NCBI GenBank assembly: GCA_017551905.1
Contig: JAFZKK010000149.1
Span: forward strand, 9-64,008
Origin: Salinivirgaceae bacterium
Lineage (GTDB): Bacteria > Bacteroidota > Bacteroidia > Bacteroidales > SZUA-534
DNA length: 64,000 bases
Reading direction: 5' to 3'
In this document: piece after piece, positions 8,404 through 17,454 of the stretch
Layout: every line of letters begins with the position of its first letter
How positions within the stretch are numbered: position 1 is the first letter of the stretch
Program-made: the position numbers and the translations under genes
The notes under the pieces: model-generated
Databases searched by the model: none
What the model was told of the DNA's origin: nothing
Seen by the model: only the letters and a program-made list of their open reading frames with translations

Positions 8404-9423
8404 ATGCAATCCACACCAAAATCCCTAGCCACCGACCTACTTCTCGACGAGCGCTACCACCTGTTGAGGTACGTTGTTCTGTGCGTTGCGCTACTGATTT
8501 TCAGCATTTCAGAGATAACGTTCAACTACGTACAACTGATTGGCGATGCCGCAGGACAATTGAGTCTTATATTGCTGATTGCCAATTGTTTCCTTTGGAA
8601 GGTGGCGTATTTGGTAGTGCTTGTGAAGTTGCTTGTGCCGCGATTTTTCAACCGTGGGCGCTACGGATTTTTCTTCGTGAGCCTACTTGTGGTGACGGTT
8701 GCGCTTGTGGGACTGCAGTATTTGGTCGAGGGCGGAATTTGCAGCCGCTACGGCATTGCCACGCGCTACACGGCGCCGTTGCACTATATTGCGCTCGACG
8801 CGATGGTGCTCAATATCCAGTGGCTAATCGTCATAATTGGCGTAATATTAGGACTTTGCGTCAAGCGGATGGCGCAGGAACGGCAACTCAACCAACAGCA
8901 GCAGGCCGAGCGTGCGCAGATGGAAACCGCCCTGATGAAACAGCAGATTTCGCCCGCAATGCTCTGCACCACGCTTCACACCTGTGGCCAGCGCGCCTTG
9001 ACCGACGCCGAAGCCACGTCGGGTGCGCTGTTGCGGTTCAGCCGAGTGCTGCGCTACCAACTCTACGACAGCCGCCGTGAACTCTCGCTACTGAAAAGCG
9101 AACTCGATTTCGTGCACGAATATCTCAATGTTTTGCAGTTTGATGGCGTTTGTAAATCGTTCACAATCAATACCGATGGCTCGATAATGGGCATTATGGT
9201 GCCGCCGCTCGTCTTCACGTCGCTGATGCAGTACAGCGAGCCAGTTGGCAATATCGATTGTCATTTTACGGTTGGGGCTGACAATCTGCAATTTACAATT
9301 GTCGATGGCCGTACCGAGGCTGATTTTTCGGCAGCACGCAAGCGGCTCTCATTGCTCTATGCCGACCGTTACTCGCTGATTGTCAATAACAACGGCATTT
9401 GTCTCACAATTCCAATCAGTTAG
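8404..9423 (+). CDS. LytS/YehU-type membrane sensor kinase paralog, catalytically degenerate
   Basis: Multi-TM N-terminus, then a region collinear with the next gene's His_kinase and HATPase domains. QISPAMLCTTL replaces QINPHFLFN, MQYSEPVG replaces VENAVKHN, and there is no GIGL box. The ATG at 8404 is preferred over the TTG at 8365. Confidence 0.7.
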   Translation: MQSTPKSLATDLLLDERYHLLRYVVLCVALLIFSISEITFNYVQLIGDAAGQLSLILLIANCFLWKVAYLVVLVKLLVPRFFNRGRYGFFFVSLLVVTVALVGLQYLVEGGICSRYGIATRYTAPLHYIALDAMVLNIQWLIVIIGVILGLCVKRMAQERQLNQQQQAERAQMETALMKQQISPAMLCTTLHTCGQRALTDAEATSGALLRFSRVLRYQLYDSRRELSLLKSELDFVHEYLNVLQFDGVCKSFTINTDGSIMGIMVPPLVFTSLMQYSEPVGNIDCHFTVGADNLQFTIVDGRTEADFSAARKRLSLLYADRYSLIVNNNGICLTIPIS

Positions 9424-9425
9424 TT

Positions 9426-10526
9426 ATGGCACAGTTCAACTCGTTTTTCAATAAGTTGCTTTTCGATGGCAAATATCGGATAATCAGACATTTGCTGTTC
9501 CAATTCCCGATATTTATGCTGTCGCTCTGCATATTCGGCACCAACGACAGCCGCCTTTTCGATTTTCAGTTGTCGTTGGTTCCCGTATGGTTGGGATTCT
9601 ACGCTTATCTGATAATGTGTTGGTACGTAAATATTTATGTGCTGACGCCGCGATATTTGCTCAATGGTCGGATTCTGAAATTCACACTTCTTGCGCTGTT
9701 GCTCATTGCGCCAATCGCGATTTTGAGAATTATGGTGGTGGTGTTGTCCGACGCGAGTCAATTTCCGTTGAGTATCAGTATTATAAACTTTATAGGAAAC
9801 ACCCTGACGTTGGTTTTCCTGATGGCTGCGCCAACAAGTTTGGCCCTGTTCCGACAGATTGCGCTGCAGAATCTTCGCAACAGCGAACTGCAGGCCGCCA
9901 CAGCGCATACCGAGTTGCAAATGCTTAAGCAACAGATAAATCCGCACTTCCTGTTCAATATGATAAACAATGTGAACGTGCTTGTACGCCGCGAGCCCGA
10001 GCAGGCTTCAGCGTTGCTTTTCAGGCTCGAGGACCTTATCCGCTATCAGTTGGCCGACAGCAATCGCGAGCAGGTTAACTTGCTGTCCGACATTCAGTTC
10101 CTTCGCGATTTTCTTGACCTTGAGAAGGTTCGCCGTTCAAGTTTTCGTTTCAGTATCGACACCAGCGGCATTGCCCCCGACATTGAGGTGCCGCCGTTGC
10201 TTTTCATTCCGTTTGTCGAGAATGCCGTCAAGCACAACAGCGACGGCGAAAACGAATCGTGGGTGAATATAAGTTTCAGTCTGTCAGATGGTTTGCTGAC
10301 GTTTGTCTGCCAGAATTCCAAACCGCCCGTTGCGCCCGTACCGTCGAAAGCAAGCGGCATTGGCCTGAAAAATATCAGCCGCCGCCTTGAACTACTCTAC
10401 GGCAACCGCCACACGCTTTCAATTACCGACGAAAACAGTATATTTACGGTGAAACTTTCGATAGATTTGAGAATTTGGATGAAGGATTTATTGATTGCGA
10501 ATAGCGTGACTCGCTGCCGTCTGTAG
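9426..10526 (+). CDS. sensor histidine kinase, LytS/YehU family (His_kinase + HATPase_c)
   Basis: Multi-TM N-terminus. Phospho-acceptor box QINPHFLFNMINN, N-box FVENAVKHN, G2 box ASGIGLKNISRRLELLYG. The ATG at 9426 lies 3 nt after the upstream TAG. Confidence 0.85.
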   Translation: MAQFNSFFNKLLFDGKYRIIRHLLFQFPIFMLSLCIFGTNDSRLFDFQLSLVPVWLGFYAYLIMCWYVNIYVLTPRYLLNGRILKFTLLALLLIAPIAILRIMVVVLSDASQFPLSISIINFIGNTLTLVFLMAAPTSLALFRQIALQNLRNSELQAATAHTELQMLKQQINPHFLFNMINNVNVLVRREPEQASALLFRLEDLIRYQLADSNREQVNLLSDIQFLRDFLDLEKVRRSSFRFSIDTSGIAPDIEVPPLLFIPFVENAVKHNSDGENESWVNISFSLSDGLLTFVCQNSKPPVAPVPSKASGIGLKNISRRLELLYGNRHTLSITDENSIFTVKLSIDLRIWMKDLLIANSVTRCRL

Positions 10527-10572
10527 TCTGATGTCAGTTGTCCGTAGTCAAGAATTAAACTTTTGAATCAGT

Positions 10573-11289
10573 ATGAACTGCATAATAGTTGACGATGAGC
10601 CACTTGCGCGCGAGGCGATTGAGATTCTTCTTGAGTCGGAACCCGAACTGACGCTTGTGGGAACGTTTGGCAGCGCATTGGCAGCGCAGCGTTTCCTGTC
10701 GCAGACGCAAGTCGATTTGGCCTTTCTCGACATTCAGATGCCAGGGCTCACAGGCATTGAGTTCGCGCACACCATTTCGCCGCAGACGCTTGTGATTTTC
10801 ACCACGGCCTATTCCGAATACGCCATTGACAGTTACGAGGTCGATGCAGTCGATTTTCTTGTGAAACCCGTTGAGAAAGAACGCTTTCACAAGGCTGTTG
10901 ATAAGGCGGTATCTTACTTCAAATTGCTCACGCAGGGCGACAAGCAGAACATTGAGCCCGGTGCCGATGACTACTTTTTCGTCAAGTCGGACCGCAAGTT
11001 CTGCAAAGTTTGCTTCGCCGACATTCTTTTTGTCGAAGGCCTGAAGGATTATGTGGTTCTTCAACTTGAAAATCAGAAGATTATCACCCGAATGAACCTA
11101 AAAAACATATCGGCCCTTCTGCCGCAACCGATGTTTATGCGCGTCAGCAAATCGTACATTGTCAACACCGCCCGAATCGAAGCCTTTGACAACAACGACA
11201 TATTCATTGGCCCGCACGAAATTGCTATAGGTGAGAGCTTTAGAGACGAGTTTTTCGATTTGTTTGTGAAGAATCAGAGGCGGACATGA
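10573..11289 (+). CDS. LytR/AlgR-family response regulator (REC + LytTR DNA-binding domain)
   Basis: The receiver (MNCIIVDDEPLAREAI...DLAFLDIQMPGLTGIEF) is followed by a LytTR domain (ILFVEGLKDYVVLQL...MRVSKSYIVN). Confidence 0.9.
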   Translation: MNCIIVDDEPLAREAIEILLESEPELTLVGTFGSALAAQRFLSQTQVDLAFLDIQMPGLTGIEFAHTISPQTLVIFTTAYSEYAIDSYEVDAVDFLVKPVEKERFHKAVDKAVSYFKLLTQGDKQNIEPGADDYFFVKSDRKFCKVCFADILFVEGLKDYVVLQLENQKIITRMNLKNISALLPQPMFMRVSKSYIVNTARIEAFDNNDIFIGPHEIAIGESFRDEFFDLFVKNQRRT

Positions 11290-11327
11290 TAAGCACTAAA
11301 TCTTTATCCGCCGTTTCGAATTCTGTT

Positions 11328-11335
11328 TATATTTG
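11328..11335 (+). promoter_or_regulatory. Bacteroidetes-type -7 promoter box (TATATTTG)
   Basis: Exact TAnnTTTG match 27 nt upstream of the ATG at 11362. Confidence 0.45.
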
Positions 11336-11361
11336 CGTGAAAATCATAAATCAAAATTGAG

Positions 11362-12054
11362 ATGAAAGAGCATATCAATTCGTTTGTATTGGGCGCCAGC
11401 ATTGTTTTGGGCAGCTACTTACTTTATTGTGGAATAGACAATTACGCGCATAAAGACCGATATGTGTCGGTGAAAGGCTTGGCAGAACGCGAGGTTTTAG
11501 CCGACAGGGTGGTTTGGCCGCTGCAGTTCAACGAGGTGGGCAACGATATGCACCAACTCTACGACCTGATTGAAACCAAACAGCGCACCATTGTCAACTT
11601 CCTGAAACAGAATGGAATAAAAGACGATGAAATTACCATTTCGGCTCCGTCGGTGCTTGACCGTCTGGCGCAAACCTGGGCGCAGGACAACGTGCGCGAG
11701 CGCTACCAGACAAGCTGCACCATTACGGTCATTTCGTCGGATGTGCCAAAGGTTATGTCGATTATGAAAATGCAACAGGAGTTGCTGAAAAAGGGCGTGG
11801 CCGTTGGCGGAAACTCTTACGATAATCAGACTGAATATCAATACACTAACCTTAATTCGCTCAAGCCCGAAATGATTGAGGAGGCAACGCGCAACGCCCG
11901 TCAGGTGGCAGAAAAATTTGCACAGGACGCCGACTGCGATTTGGGCAGCATTAAGTTCGCCTCGCAAGGTCAATTCTCTATCAATGAGGAATATACAACT
12001 CCGCATATCAAGAAGGTGAGAGTGGTTACGACGATTGACTATTATCTGAAATAA
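11362..12054 (+). CDS. SIMPL (DUF541) domain-containing protein
   Basis: N-terminal TM/signal segment, then RYVSVKGLAEREVLADRVVWPLQF, typical of SIMPL-family periplasmic proteins. About 230 aa. Confidence 0.75.
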   Translation: MKEHINSFVLGASIVLGSYLLYCGIDNYAHKDRYVSVKGLAEREVLADRVVWPLQFNEVGNDMHQLYDLIETKQRTIVNFLKQNGIKDDEITISAPSVLDRLAQTWAQDNVRERYQTSCTITVISSDVPKVMSIMKMQQELLKKGVAVGGNSYDNQTEYQYTNLNSLKPEMIEEATRNARQVAEKFAQDADCDLGSIKFASQGQFSINEEYTTPHIKKVRVVTTIDYYLK

Positions 12055-12079
12055 CGTAAATTGAAAACGTAAACGAAAA

Positions 12080-12151
12080 CACTGACACTGACACTAACAC
12101 TAACACTAACACTACCACTGATGCTGATACTGATACTAACACTAACACTGA
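12080..12151 (+). repeat. hexanucleotide microsatellite (CACTRA and variants) x12, non-coding
   Basis: The units are CACTGA CACTGA CACTAA CACTAA CACTAA CACTAC CACTGA TGCTGA TACTGA TACTAA CACTAA CACTGA. It lies 26 nt after the SIMPL stop codon. The only frame free of stops inside it (NTDTDTNTN...) is closed by TAA at 12057 and has no start codon. Confidence 0.95.
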
Positions 12152-12197
12152 CGATTAAACATTTAAACTTTTAACAATAACTAAAAAACTTAAAACG

Positions 12198-13013
12198 ATG
12201 AAAATCAAAAGCATGGCATTAATTGCAACAACGCTGGCAGCTACGGTTGCCTGCACTTCGGCACCAAAAAAGGCTGAACCGGTACAACCGAAAGCATTGG
12301 TTGTATTCTACTCGCAAAGCAACACCACACGCACTGTGGCACAGGAAATTCAGAAGCAACTGAACTGCGATATCGCTGAAATTGAGTGCGTTGACCCGTA
12401 CACCGGCGATTTTGGCCAGTTGATTCAACGCTGGCAGAAAGAGCAACAAGAGGGCACACTGCCCGAAATCAAGCCGCTTGCAAAAAACATTAGCGACTAC
12501 GATGTTATCTTTCTTGGCTACCCGATTTGGGGTGGCACATACGCGCCTCCGGTTGCATCTTTGCTGAAGAACACTGATTTTGCAGGAAAGAAACTTGTTC
12601 CGTTCTGCACTTTTGGCAGTGGTGGTTTGAACACCAGCGTGGCAGCTTTGCAGCAAAACGCACAAAACGCAGAGATTCTTGACGGCTACGGAATCCGTCA
12701 GGCACGTGTTGCCAACGCTCCGGCCGAAGTTGAGCAATTTCTGATAAAAGGCGGATTTAAAGACGGCGAACTCGAGCAACTGCCCGATTTCTCGGCTCAA
12801 GCTGAGTGCACCGATGCTGAAAAAGAAATCTTTACACAAGCCACTTCGGGCTATCAGTTCCCGCTCGGAACACCTGTTTCAGTTGGCTCGCGCGCGATAA
12901 AAGGCGGCACCGAATACCTTTTCAATGTTGAAGGTCAAGGCGGAATGAAGTCGCAGATTTACGTTCTGGCAAAAGAAAACGAAACACCAGAGTTTACGCA
13001 AGTGGTTCGTTAA
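12198..13013 (+). CDS. flavodoxin-fold lipoprotein with C-terminal extension
   Basis: Lipoprotein signal (MKIKSMALIATTLAATVAC). Flavodoxin-like core (ALVVFYSQSNTTRTVAQEI...YDVIFLGYPIWGGTYAPPV...VPFCTFGSGG). About 100 extra C-terminal residues. Confidence 0.65.
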   Translation: MKIKSMALIATTLAATVACTSAPKKAEPVQPKALVVFYSQSNTTRTVAQEIQKQLNCDIAEIECVDPYTGDFGQLIQRWQKEQQEGTLPEIKPLAKNISDYDVIFLGYPIWGGTYAPPVASLLKNTDFAGKKLVPFCTFGSGGLNTSVAALQQNAQNAEILDGYGIRQARVANAPAEVEQFLIKGGFKDGELEQLPDFSAQAECTDAEKEIFTQATSGYQFPLGTPVSVGSRAIKGGTEYLFNVEGQGGMKSQIYVLAKENETPEFTQVVR

Positions 13014-13040
13014 CAGTCGTTTTGCCATAGCGGCACAAAC

Positions 13041-13078
13041 AAAAATCCACGGTAACAATGTTGCCGTGGATTTTTTTG
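13041..13078. terminator. bidirectional rho-independent terminator between convergent genes
   Basis: AAAAATCCACGGTAAC-AAT-GTTGCCGTGGATTTTTTT forms a 12-bp stem (one G-U pair), flanked by an A-run on one side and a T-run on the other. Confidence 0.75.
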
Positions 13079-13098
13079 TTGTGTTATGTTCAATTTTG

Positions 13099-13809
13099 TT
13101 AGTCTTCGAGTAGTATTATAGGCTCATTGTCTGACTGTTGCACCTCGACAAGCTCATTGTTGTCGCATTTGATTACGCGTCCCGGAAACTCTTTAATAAG
13201 AGGGTAGTCGTGAGTGGCTATTACAACGGCACGGCCGGTGGCGCTGATTTTTGTCAGAATCTGCATAATGCCGCGCGATGTGTCGGGGTCAAGGTTCCCG
13301 GTTGGCTCGTCGGCAAGGATAATCTCCGGATTGTTGAGCAATGCCCGCGCAATAACCACACGCTGTTGCTCGCCGCCCGAAAGCTCATTCGGCATTTTGT
13401 AACCTTTTTGCGCAAGTCCCACTTTTTCAAGCACTTCCTGAATGCGACGGTCAATCTCCATTTTGTTTTTCCAGCCAGTGGCTTTCAGCACAAACTTCAG
13501 ATTTTCGTTCACATTGCGGTCGGTAAGTAGTTGAAAATCCTGAAACACAATGCCTAACTTGCGGCGCAGGAAAGGAATCTGTTTGTTTTTGATTTTCTCG
13601 AGCTGAAATCCGGCTACAGTGCCCGTTCCCTTAGCCAAAGGCAGTTCGGCGTATAGCGTTTTGAGCAGGCTACTCTTGCCGCTGCCGGTGCGACCAATCA
13701 GATAAACAAGCTCGCCACTTTTTATCTCAAGGTTGATGTTCGACATAATGACGTTGTCGGGCTGAGCTATTGTGGCGTTCAGCAATTCTATTTTGGTATC
13801 CATTTCCAT
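13099..13809 (-). CDS. ftsE: cell-division ABC ATPase FtsE
   Basis: Walker [10 protein letters not shown], signature LSGGEQQRV, Walker [12 protein letters not shown], and an FtsE-like length. The ATG at 13809 is preferred (the track start at 13818 is a TTG). Confidence 0.8.
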   Translation of the reverse strand: MEMDTKIELLNATIAQPDNVIMSNINLEIKSGELVYLIGRTGSGKSSLLKTLYAELPLAKGTGTVAGFQLEKIKNKQIPFLRRKLGIVFQDFQLLTDRNVNENLKFVLKATGWKNKMEIDRRIQEVLEKVGLAQKGYKMPNELSGGEQQRVVIARALLNNPEIILADEPTGNLDPDTSRGIMQILTKISATGRAVVIATHDYPLIKEFPGRVIKCDNNELVEVQQSDNEPIILLED

Positions 13810-13976
13810 ACTTCGCAAAATTTTTTCGACGTTTCAAAAGTAAGATTTAGAGGTGTCGCATTTGTGATAAACCGCTCATTTAATAAACATTCAATTGTTA
13901 ATTAAAACCTTGCTGAGGCCGATTATAGGCTCTCAAATGCATTTATTTTGATTTCGGTTTATTAGCTTCATTTTTT

Positions 13977-16900
13977 ATGCGTAAAACGATATTAACCAAT
14001 GTCTTAATCGCCGTATTTCTGTTGACGGCACTTGGCGTTTCCGCCCAAAAGACACAAATCTATCTTGATGAGGATTACGACTACCGAATAGGCGTCGATT
14101 TGTTTAACAAGCAGCACTATTCGCAGGCGCAGCAGTTCTTTGAGCGTGTTGTGGCGCACTACGGCAACGAGTTTTCCGACATCAAAGCCGATGCGGAGTA
14201 TTATGCGGCTTTGTGCGCGCTCGAGCTTTTCAACAGCGACGCCGAATATCGCATTGGCAAGTTCATAAACGAGTATCCCGAGAGTCCGCGCACACGGGTG
14301 GCTTATTTCGAAATGGGCCGCTATCAGTATCGGGCCAACCATTATAAAGAGGCGCTCGACTATTTCGACCGTGTGTGGAAGCAGAATCTGAACAAGGAGC
14401 AGCTTGCCGAGCTCTATTTCAAGAAAGGCTACAGCTATTTCAAACTCAAACAGTACGACCGTGCGTCGAAGATGTTCTACGAGCTTATCGACGGGAAAAG
14501 CAAATACGCCAATCCGGCAATCTATTTCTACGCTCACATAGCCTATACCAACAAGAATTACGAGACGGCGCTCAACAATCTACAAAAGATTGAGTCCGAC
14601 CCGACATTTGCGCCGGTTGTGCCATACTACAGGCTGCAGATTTACTTTATCCAAGGCAAGGACGACAAGGTTATTGAGCTTGGAAAATCACTTTTTGAGC
14701 AGACCGACGCCAAGCGCCAGGCCGAGATGTCGCGCATAGTGGGAGAGGCGCTCTACAACAAGGAGATGTACACCGAGGCCGTTCCCTATCTGGAGATTTA
14801 CAAGAGCAAGGCCGACAACTACACCCGCGAAGACATCTATCAGCTCGGCTACGCCTATTATAAGACAGGCGATTTCCAACAGGCGGCAACCACAATGTCA
14901 AATGTTACCAATATAAAAGATGAACTGACGCAGAACGCCTATTTCCACATCGCTTACTCAAATATGCAGCTTCAGCAGAAGGAGCAGGCGCGCATGGCTT
15001 TTGCCGCTGCATCGAAGTACGATTTCAACGAGCGGATAAAAGAACAGTCGTTGCTCAATTATGCTAAACTGTCTTACGAACTATCGTATTCGCCTTTCAA
15101 TGAGACGATTAAAGCTTTCAATCAATATCTGGAACAATATCCCAACTCGGTTCATCGCGATGAGGCTTACGAGTATCTAGTGAAGGCTTATCTGTCGTCG
15201 AAGAACTATCAGGCGGCGCTTGAGTCGATTGCCAAAATCAAAAACAAGACGCCCGAGATGCAGTCGGCATGGCAGCGCGTGGCTTATTTCCGCGGCTTGG
15301 AGCTCTACAACAACCTGAAATTTGAGGAGTCGGTTGTGGCGTTCGACAAAGTTATTGAGCTGAAGGCTTACGACAAGGAAATCAGGGCTTTAGCGCAGTA
15401 TTGGAAAGGTGAGGCGCTATACCGGCTCGAGAAATACACCGATGCCGCCGCCGCCTACAACCAACTTCTGACAACGCCCGGAGCCTACACAATGCCTGAG
15501 TACAAGACTTGCTATTATAACATCGGCTACTGCCATTTCAAAAATAAAGACTATACAAAGGCTGCCGACTGGTATCGCAAATACACCGAGAAAACCAGCG
15601 ACGCCGACACCGCCAAGCTGGCTGACAGCTACATCCGCATTGGCGACTGTTTCTTTGTTACGTCGAAGTTCAGCGACGCATCGCTGTTCTACGGAATGGC
15701 AGCCGACCTTAACGCGTTCGATGTCGAATACGCATTGTTCCAGAAAGGTTTTGCAATGGGACTTGGCAAAGATTTGACCGGCAAGATAAAGACAATGAGC
15801 GAGTTGCTTCGCCGTTACCCGAAATCGAACTATGCCGCCGACGCGCTTTTCGAGCGTGCGCGCGCCTACACCATTATCGATTCAACACAATTGGCAATCA
15901 ACGATTTCCACACGCTTGCCAAGAATTACCCAAACAGCTCGTATGTTGTTAAATCGCTGTTACAGACAGGTTTGCTCTATTATGCCGATGGTCAGAACTA
16001 TCTGGCTATCGACAATTTCAAGAGTGTGATTGAGAAATATCCGGGCACATCGGAGGCCGACGAGGCGCTTTTCGCTTTGAAGAATGTCTATGTCGATATG
16101 AACAAGGTTGACGACTATTTCGACTATGCCAAGAGCCGCGGAAACCTGACCGATGTCGATATGTCGGAGCGCGATTCGCTTACGTATGCTTCAGCCGAAA
16201 AGGTCTATATGACAGGCAATTGGCGTGAGGCCGGAGGCTTGTTCGACAGCTATCTCGACAAGTTCCCCGAAGGCAAATTCTCGCTCAATGCCACTTACTA
16301 TCGCGGCGACTGCAACTTGAAGATGCGCAACAACGACAAGGCTCGTGAGGATTTCGAGGCTATAGCCGCCCGTCCTAAGAATATGTTCACCGAGGCGTCG
16401 TTGCTGAGTGCAGCATCGCTTGCCGAGAGTGCAAAGGATTACAAACAGGCCGTCGAGCTTTATAAGAAGCTGGAAGACAATGCCGAAGTGAAATCGAACT
16501 TGATGATTGCGCGCGAAGGTCAGATGCAAAATGCTTTTGCCGACAGCAATTTCAATGCGGCAATCGAGGCGGCGCGTAAAGTACTGATAACCGACAAGAT
16601 AACTGAGGAGCAGATTCGCCGTGCACGTTATGTGATGGCCGTAAGCTACTATCAGACGCACCAAGCCGACCCGGCAATAACTCAGTTCCGCATTCTGGCG
16701 CTCGACATGACGAGCAAGGAGGGAGCAGAGTCGCAGTATATGGTTGCCCGAATGCTGTTTGAGCAGGGCGAGTTGCAAAAGTCGGAGGAGGCTGTCAATG
16801 CGCTCATCTCGTCGGGAACATCGCATTTCTACTGGATTGCCAAGGCGTTCTTCTTGCTGTCTGATATCTGCATGGAGCGTGGCGACCGTTTCCAGGCCAA

Positions 16901-17441
16901 GGCCAACTTGCAGAGTGTTATTGAGAACTACGGCGACACCTCCGACGGCATTGTTGACGAAGGCAACGCCAAGTTGAAACTCATTACCGATGAGGAGAAC
17001 GAGAAGTTTGTTGAGGATAATTCGACGCAGGAGGTAGTGATTAAGTTCAACGAGAACAATTCGGAAATGGAGTCGGAGGATGATGACGAAGAAGAAGCGC
17101 AACCGGAACCGGCACCCGAACCAGCCGTTGAGGAGGCTCCCAAAACCGAATCGATGCAAGTGGTAGAACCGCAAAATACTGAAACAAAACAGGTTGAACC
17201 GACTGAAAACGATACTCTGCAAGAGACAGAAACAACCGAAGACGCTGGCACGCAGACCGAAACTGAAAGTGCTGAAAGTCAGTCGGCCAACGAAACCGAA
17301 CAGTCGACAGCCGAAAGCGAACCTGAAGCCGCAGAGCCGCAAGCTGAGGAACAGCAGGAACAGAATACAGAACAGACTGATACTGAGCCTGCTAACGACA
17401 ATCAAGAACAAGACGAGGCTGAAAATCAAGAACAAGAATAA
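13977..17441 (+). CDS. large tetratricopeptide-repeat protein with acidic low-complexity C-terminal tail
   Basis: Signal peptide without a lipobox cysteine. Repeated TPR-like A/Y/F-spaced helices run throughout. The last ~130 residues are E/Q/T/D/P-rich (EEAQPEPAPEPAVEE...NQEQDEAENQEQE). Confidence 0.8.
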   Translation: MRKTILTNVLIAVFLLTALGVSAQKTQIYLDEDYDYRIGVDLFNKQHYSQAQQFFERVVAHYGNEFSDIKADAEYYAALCALELFNSDAEYRIGKFINEYPESPRTRVAYFEMGRYQYRANHYKEALDYFDRVWKQNLNKEQLAELYFKKGYSYFKLKQYDRASKMFYELIDGKSKYANPAIYFYAHIAYTNKNYETALNNLQKIESDPTFAPVVPYYRLQIYFIQGKDDKVIELGKSLFEQTDAKRQAEMSRIVGEALYNKEMYTEAVPYLEIYKSKADNYTREDIYQLGYAYYKTGDFQQAATTMSNVTNIKDELTQNAYFHIAYSNMQLQQKEQARMAFAAASKYDFNERIKEQSLLNYAKLSYELSYSPFNETIKAFNQYLEQYPNSVHRDEAYEYLVKAYLSSKNYQAALESIAKIKNKTPEMQSAWQRVAYFRGLELYNNLKFEESVVAFDKVIELKAYDKEIRALAQYWKGEALYRLEKYTDAAAAYNQLLTTPGAYTMPEYKTCYYNIGYCHFKNKDYTKAADWYRKYTEKTSDADTAKLADSYIRIGDCFFVTSKFSDASLFYGMAADLNAFDVEYALFQKGFAMGLGKDLTGKIKTMSELLRRYPKSNYAADALFERARAYTIIDSTQLAINDFHTLAKNYPNSSYVVKSLLQTGLLYYADGQNYLAIDNFKSVIEKYPGTSEADEALFALKNVYVDMNKVDDYFDYAKSRGNLTDVDMSERDSLTYASAEKVYMTGNWREAGGLFDSYLDKFPEGKFSLNATYYRGDCNLKMRNNDKAREDFEAIAARPKNMFTEASLLSAASLAESAKDYKQAVELYKKLEDNAEVKSNLMIAREGQMQNAFADSNFNAAIEAARKVLITDKITEEQIRRARYVMAVSYYQTHQADPAITQFRILALDMTSKEGAESQYMVARMLFEQGELQKSEEAVNALISSGTSHFYWIAKAFFLLSDICMERGDRFQAKANLQSVIENYGDTSDGIVDEGNAKLKLITDEENEKFVEDNSTQEVVIKFNENNSEMESEDDDEEEAQPEPAPEPAVEEAPKTESMQVVEPQNTETKQVEPTENDTLQETETTEDAGTQTETESAESQSANETEQSTAESEPEAAEPQAEEQQEQNTEQTDTEPANDNQEQDEAENQEQE

Positions 17442-17454
17442 AGGAGATATACCG

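Noticed and set aside
12080-12151. Possible CRISPR array or coding low-complexity tail.
   Set aside because: The unit is only 6 nt with no spacers, so it is not a CRISPR array. The single stop-free frame is closed upstream by TAA at 12057 and has no start codon, so it is not translated as it stands.
13977-17441. PorW/SprE type IX secretion TPR lipoprotein.
   Set aside because: The signal peptide has no lipobox cysteine, and no other T9SS genes are seen in the window. It is kept as a generic TPR protein.
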